From NCBI GenBank assembly GCA_049442935.1, contig JBMTOT010000001.1, positions 2,666 to 66,665 of the forward strand: DNA of 64,000 nt. The letters are read 5' to 3'. Made by a program: the position numbers and the translations under genes. Below the pieces are notes generated by a model. That model saw nothing but the letters and a program-made list of their open reading frames with translations, was not told where the DNA came from and did not search any database. Positions 62,414 through 64,000 of the stretch are shown one piece after another. Numbering within the stretch: position 1 is the stretch's first letter; each line of letters opens with the position of its first letter. Source of the stretch: Ilumatobacteraceae bacterium. Its GTDB lineage: Bacteria > Actinomycetota > Acidimicrobiia > Acidimicrobiales > Ilumatobacteraceae.

Positions 62414-64000
62414 ATGTCCACGGTCCCCGACAAGCCGACTCTCGACGGAGTCGAGTCCACCTGGATCGCAGCATGGGACGCCGAGGGCACCTATTCATTC
62501 AACCGCGCGTCCGAGCGCGCCGAGGTCTTCGCGATCGACACCCCGCCTCCCACGGTGAGCGGCTCGCTGCACATGGGGCATGTGTTCTCGTACACCCACA
62601 CCGACACCGTTGCCCGTTTCTGGCGCATGCGGGGCAAATCGGTGTTCTACCCCATGGGTTGGGACGACAACGGACTGCCCACCGAGCGTCGCGTGCAGAA
62701 CTACTTCGGCGTCTCGTGCGACCCGACCGTGCCGTACCAGGCCGGGTTCGAGCCGCCATTCCGGGGTGACCCGCCGAAGGACCACAAGGCCGTTCCCGTC
62801 TCGCGTCCGAACTTCATCGAACTGTGCGAAGAGCTCACCCACCAAGACGAAAAGATCTTCGAGGACCTGTTCCGCAGGCTCGGCCTCTCGGTCGACTGGT
62901 CGCTCTTGTACGCAACGATCGACGAACGCTCGCGTCGCGCGAGCCAGCGCGCATTCCTCCGCAATCTCGCTCGGGGCGAGGCCTACACACAGGAGGCTCC
63001 GACTCTCTGGGACGTCGACTTCAAGACCGCTGTCGCGCAAGCCGAGCTTGAAGACCGCGAACGACCCGGCGCATACCACACCCTCTCGTTCCACCGCGCC
63101 GACGGATCGGGCGATGTGCTCATCGACACCACTCGACCGGAGCTGGTCCCTGCATGTGTCGCGCTCGTCGCACACCCCGACGACGAGCGCTACCAGCCGC
63201 TCTTTGGAACGACCGTGCGCTCGCCGTTGTTCAAGGTGGAAGTGCCGATCGTCGCGCACCCGCTCGCCCAACCCGACAAGGGCACCGGCATTGCCATGAT
63301 CTGCACCTTCGGCGACCTCACCGACGTCATCTGGTGGCGTGAGTTGCGACTGCCGACCCGCGCGATCGTCGGTCGTGACGGGCGCCTGCTGCCCGAACCC
63401 CCCGAGGGGATGACGAGCGCCGAAGGTCGCGAGGCGTACGCATCGCTCGCCGGCAAGGGCGTCAAGCAGGCGCAGACGGCGATCGTCGAGATGCTGCGCA
63501 CGTCGGGCGAGATGATCGGCGAACCGCGCGCGATCACGCACCCGGTCAAGTTCTACGAAAAGGGCGACCGACCGCTCGAAATAGTCACCAGTCGCCAGTG
63601 GTACATCCGAAACGGCGGTCGCGACGATGTTCTGCGCCGAGATCTGTTGGCGCGCGGCGAGGACCTCGCGTGGCACCCCGACCACATGCGTCATCGGTAT
63701 GCGAACTGGGTCGAGGGACTCAACGGTGACTGGCTCGTCAGCCGCCAACGCTGGTTCGGCGTTCCGGTGCCCGTGTGGTACCCGGTGCGTGCCGACGGAG
63801 AAGTCGACCACGACTCGCCGATCGTTCCCGACGAGGCTCTCTTGCCGATCGACCCCTCGACAGATGTTCCTGCCGGTTACACGGCCGACGAACGCGGCGT
63901 ACCCGGAGGCTTCGTGGGCGACCCCGACGTCATGGACACCTGGGCGACGTCGTCGCTCACGCCGCAGATCGCCGGCAAGTGGGAAGACGATGCCGACTTG
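62414..64000 (+). CDS. valS: Valyl-tRNA synthetase, N-terminal about 529 codons (runs off the right edge)
   Basis: Absent from the ORF track because there is no stop before the window end. ATG at 62414. MSTVPDKPTLDG...TPPPTVSGSLHMGHVFSYTHTD (HIGH-type motif), GWDDNGLPTE, WLVSRQRWFGVPVPVW. Confidence 0.9.
   Translation, partial: MSTVPDKPTLDGVESTWIAAWDAEGTYSFNRASERAEVFAIDTPPPTVSGSLHMGHVFSYTHTDTVARFWRMRGKSVFYPMGWDDNGLPTERRVQNYFGVSCDPTVPYQAGFEPPFRGDPPKDHKAVPVSRPNFIELCEELTHQDEKIFEDLFRRLGLSVDWSLLYATIDERSRRASQRAFLRNLARGEAYTQEAPTLWDVDFKTAVAQAELEDRERPGAYHTLSFHRADGSGDVLIDTTRPELVPACVALVAHPDDERYQPLFGTTVRSPLFKVEVPIVAHPLAQPDKGTGIAMICTFGDLTDVIWWRELRLPTRAIVGRDGRLLPEPPEGMTSAEGREAYASLAGKGVKQAQTAIVEMLRTSGEMIGEPRAITHPVKFYEKGDRPLEIVTSRQWYIRNGGRDDVLRRDLLARGEDLAWHPDHMRHRYANWVEGLNGDWLVSRQRWFGVPVPVWYPVRADGEVDHDSPIVPDEALLPIDPSTDVPAGYTADERGVPGGFVGDPDVMDTWATSSLTPQIAGKWEDDADL

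Noticed and set aside
62495-63811. 438-aa ORF on the minus strand
   Set aside because: It is antisense to valS, whose plus-strand frame shows unambiguous class I synthetase motifs and stays open to the window end.
1-64000. CRISPR arrays, tRNA/rRNA genes, insertion sequences, integrases, prophage or toxin-antitoxin modules
   Set aside because: Intergenic gaps are nearly all under 130 nt. I saw no spaced direct-repeat arrays, and no ORF resembles a transposase, recombinase, Cas protein or phage structural protein.

Overview
High-GC, gene-dense chromosomal segment, by gene content most likely from an actinobacterium (F420-type enzymes, Streptomyces-style PHO boxes, many 4-nt start/stop overlaps, actinobacterial-type ValRS). 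I call about 56 protein genes. I found no tRNA or rRNA genes, CRISPR arrays, transposases, integrases or phage genes. Gaps between genes are too short to hide an RNA gene of normal size.

Content from left to right:
- a small oxidoreductase cluster and gabD
- a phosphate transporter in the unusual order pstC-pstA-pstB-pstS, with two PHO boxes
- modABC with a divergent PadR-type regulator
- a TauD-like dioxygenase, formamidase, kynureninase and liv transporter block
- a tauE / SDR / CoxL-like operon
- an oxygenase-rich catabolic stretch (two Baeyer-Villiger monooxygenases, a carotenoid oxygenase, an alkyl sulfatase, acyl-CoA enzymes)
- rmuC, a TetR/MFS pair, sodA and a DrrAB-like exporter
- a 1867-aa mosaic surface protein
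- divergent cysS and valS

Most of this is ordinary core or catabolic genome. The items I think deserve a second look are:
- the giant surface protein, which carries a domain nested inside one of its repeats
- a secreted lipoprotein with a papain-like Cys/His/Asp pattern
- a DUF6569/ARPP-1-like gene facing a coupled unknown-plus-Cas4-like-nuclease pair
- a three-way-junction RNA structure that sequesters the Shine-Dalgarno (SD) sequence ahead of the liv binding-protein gene
- a frameshift in cysS at a C8 homopolymer

All family assignments come from reading motifs in the translations by eye. No searches or computations were run, and sub-gene coordinates are approximate to a few codons.
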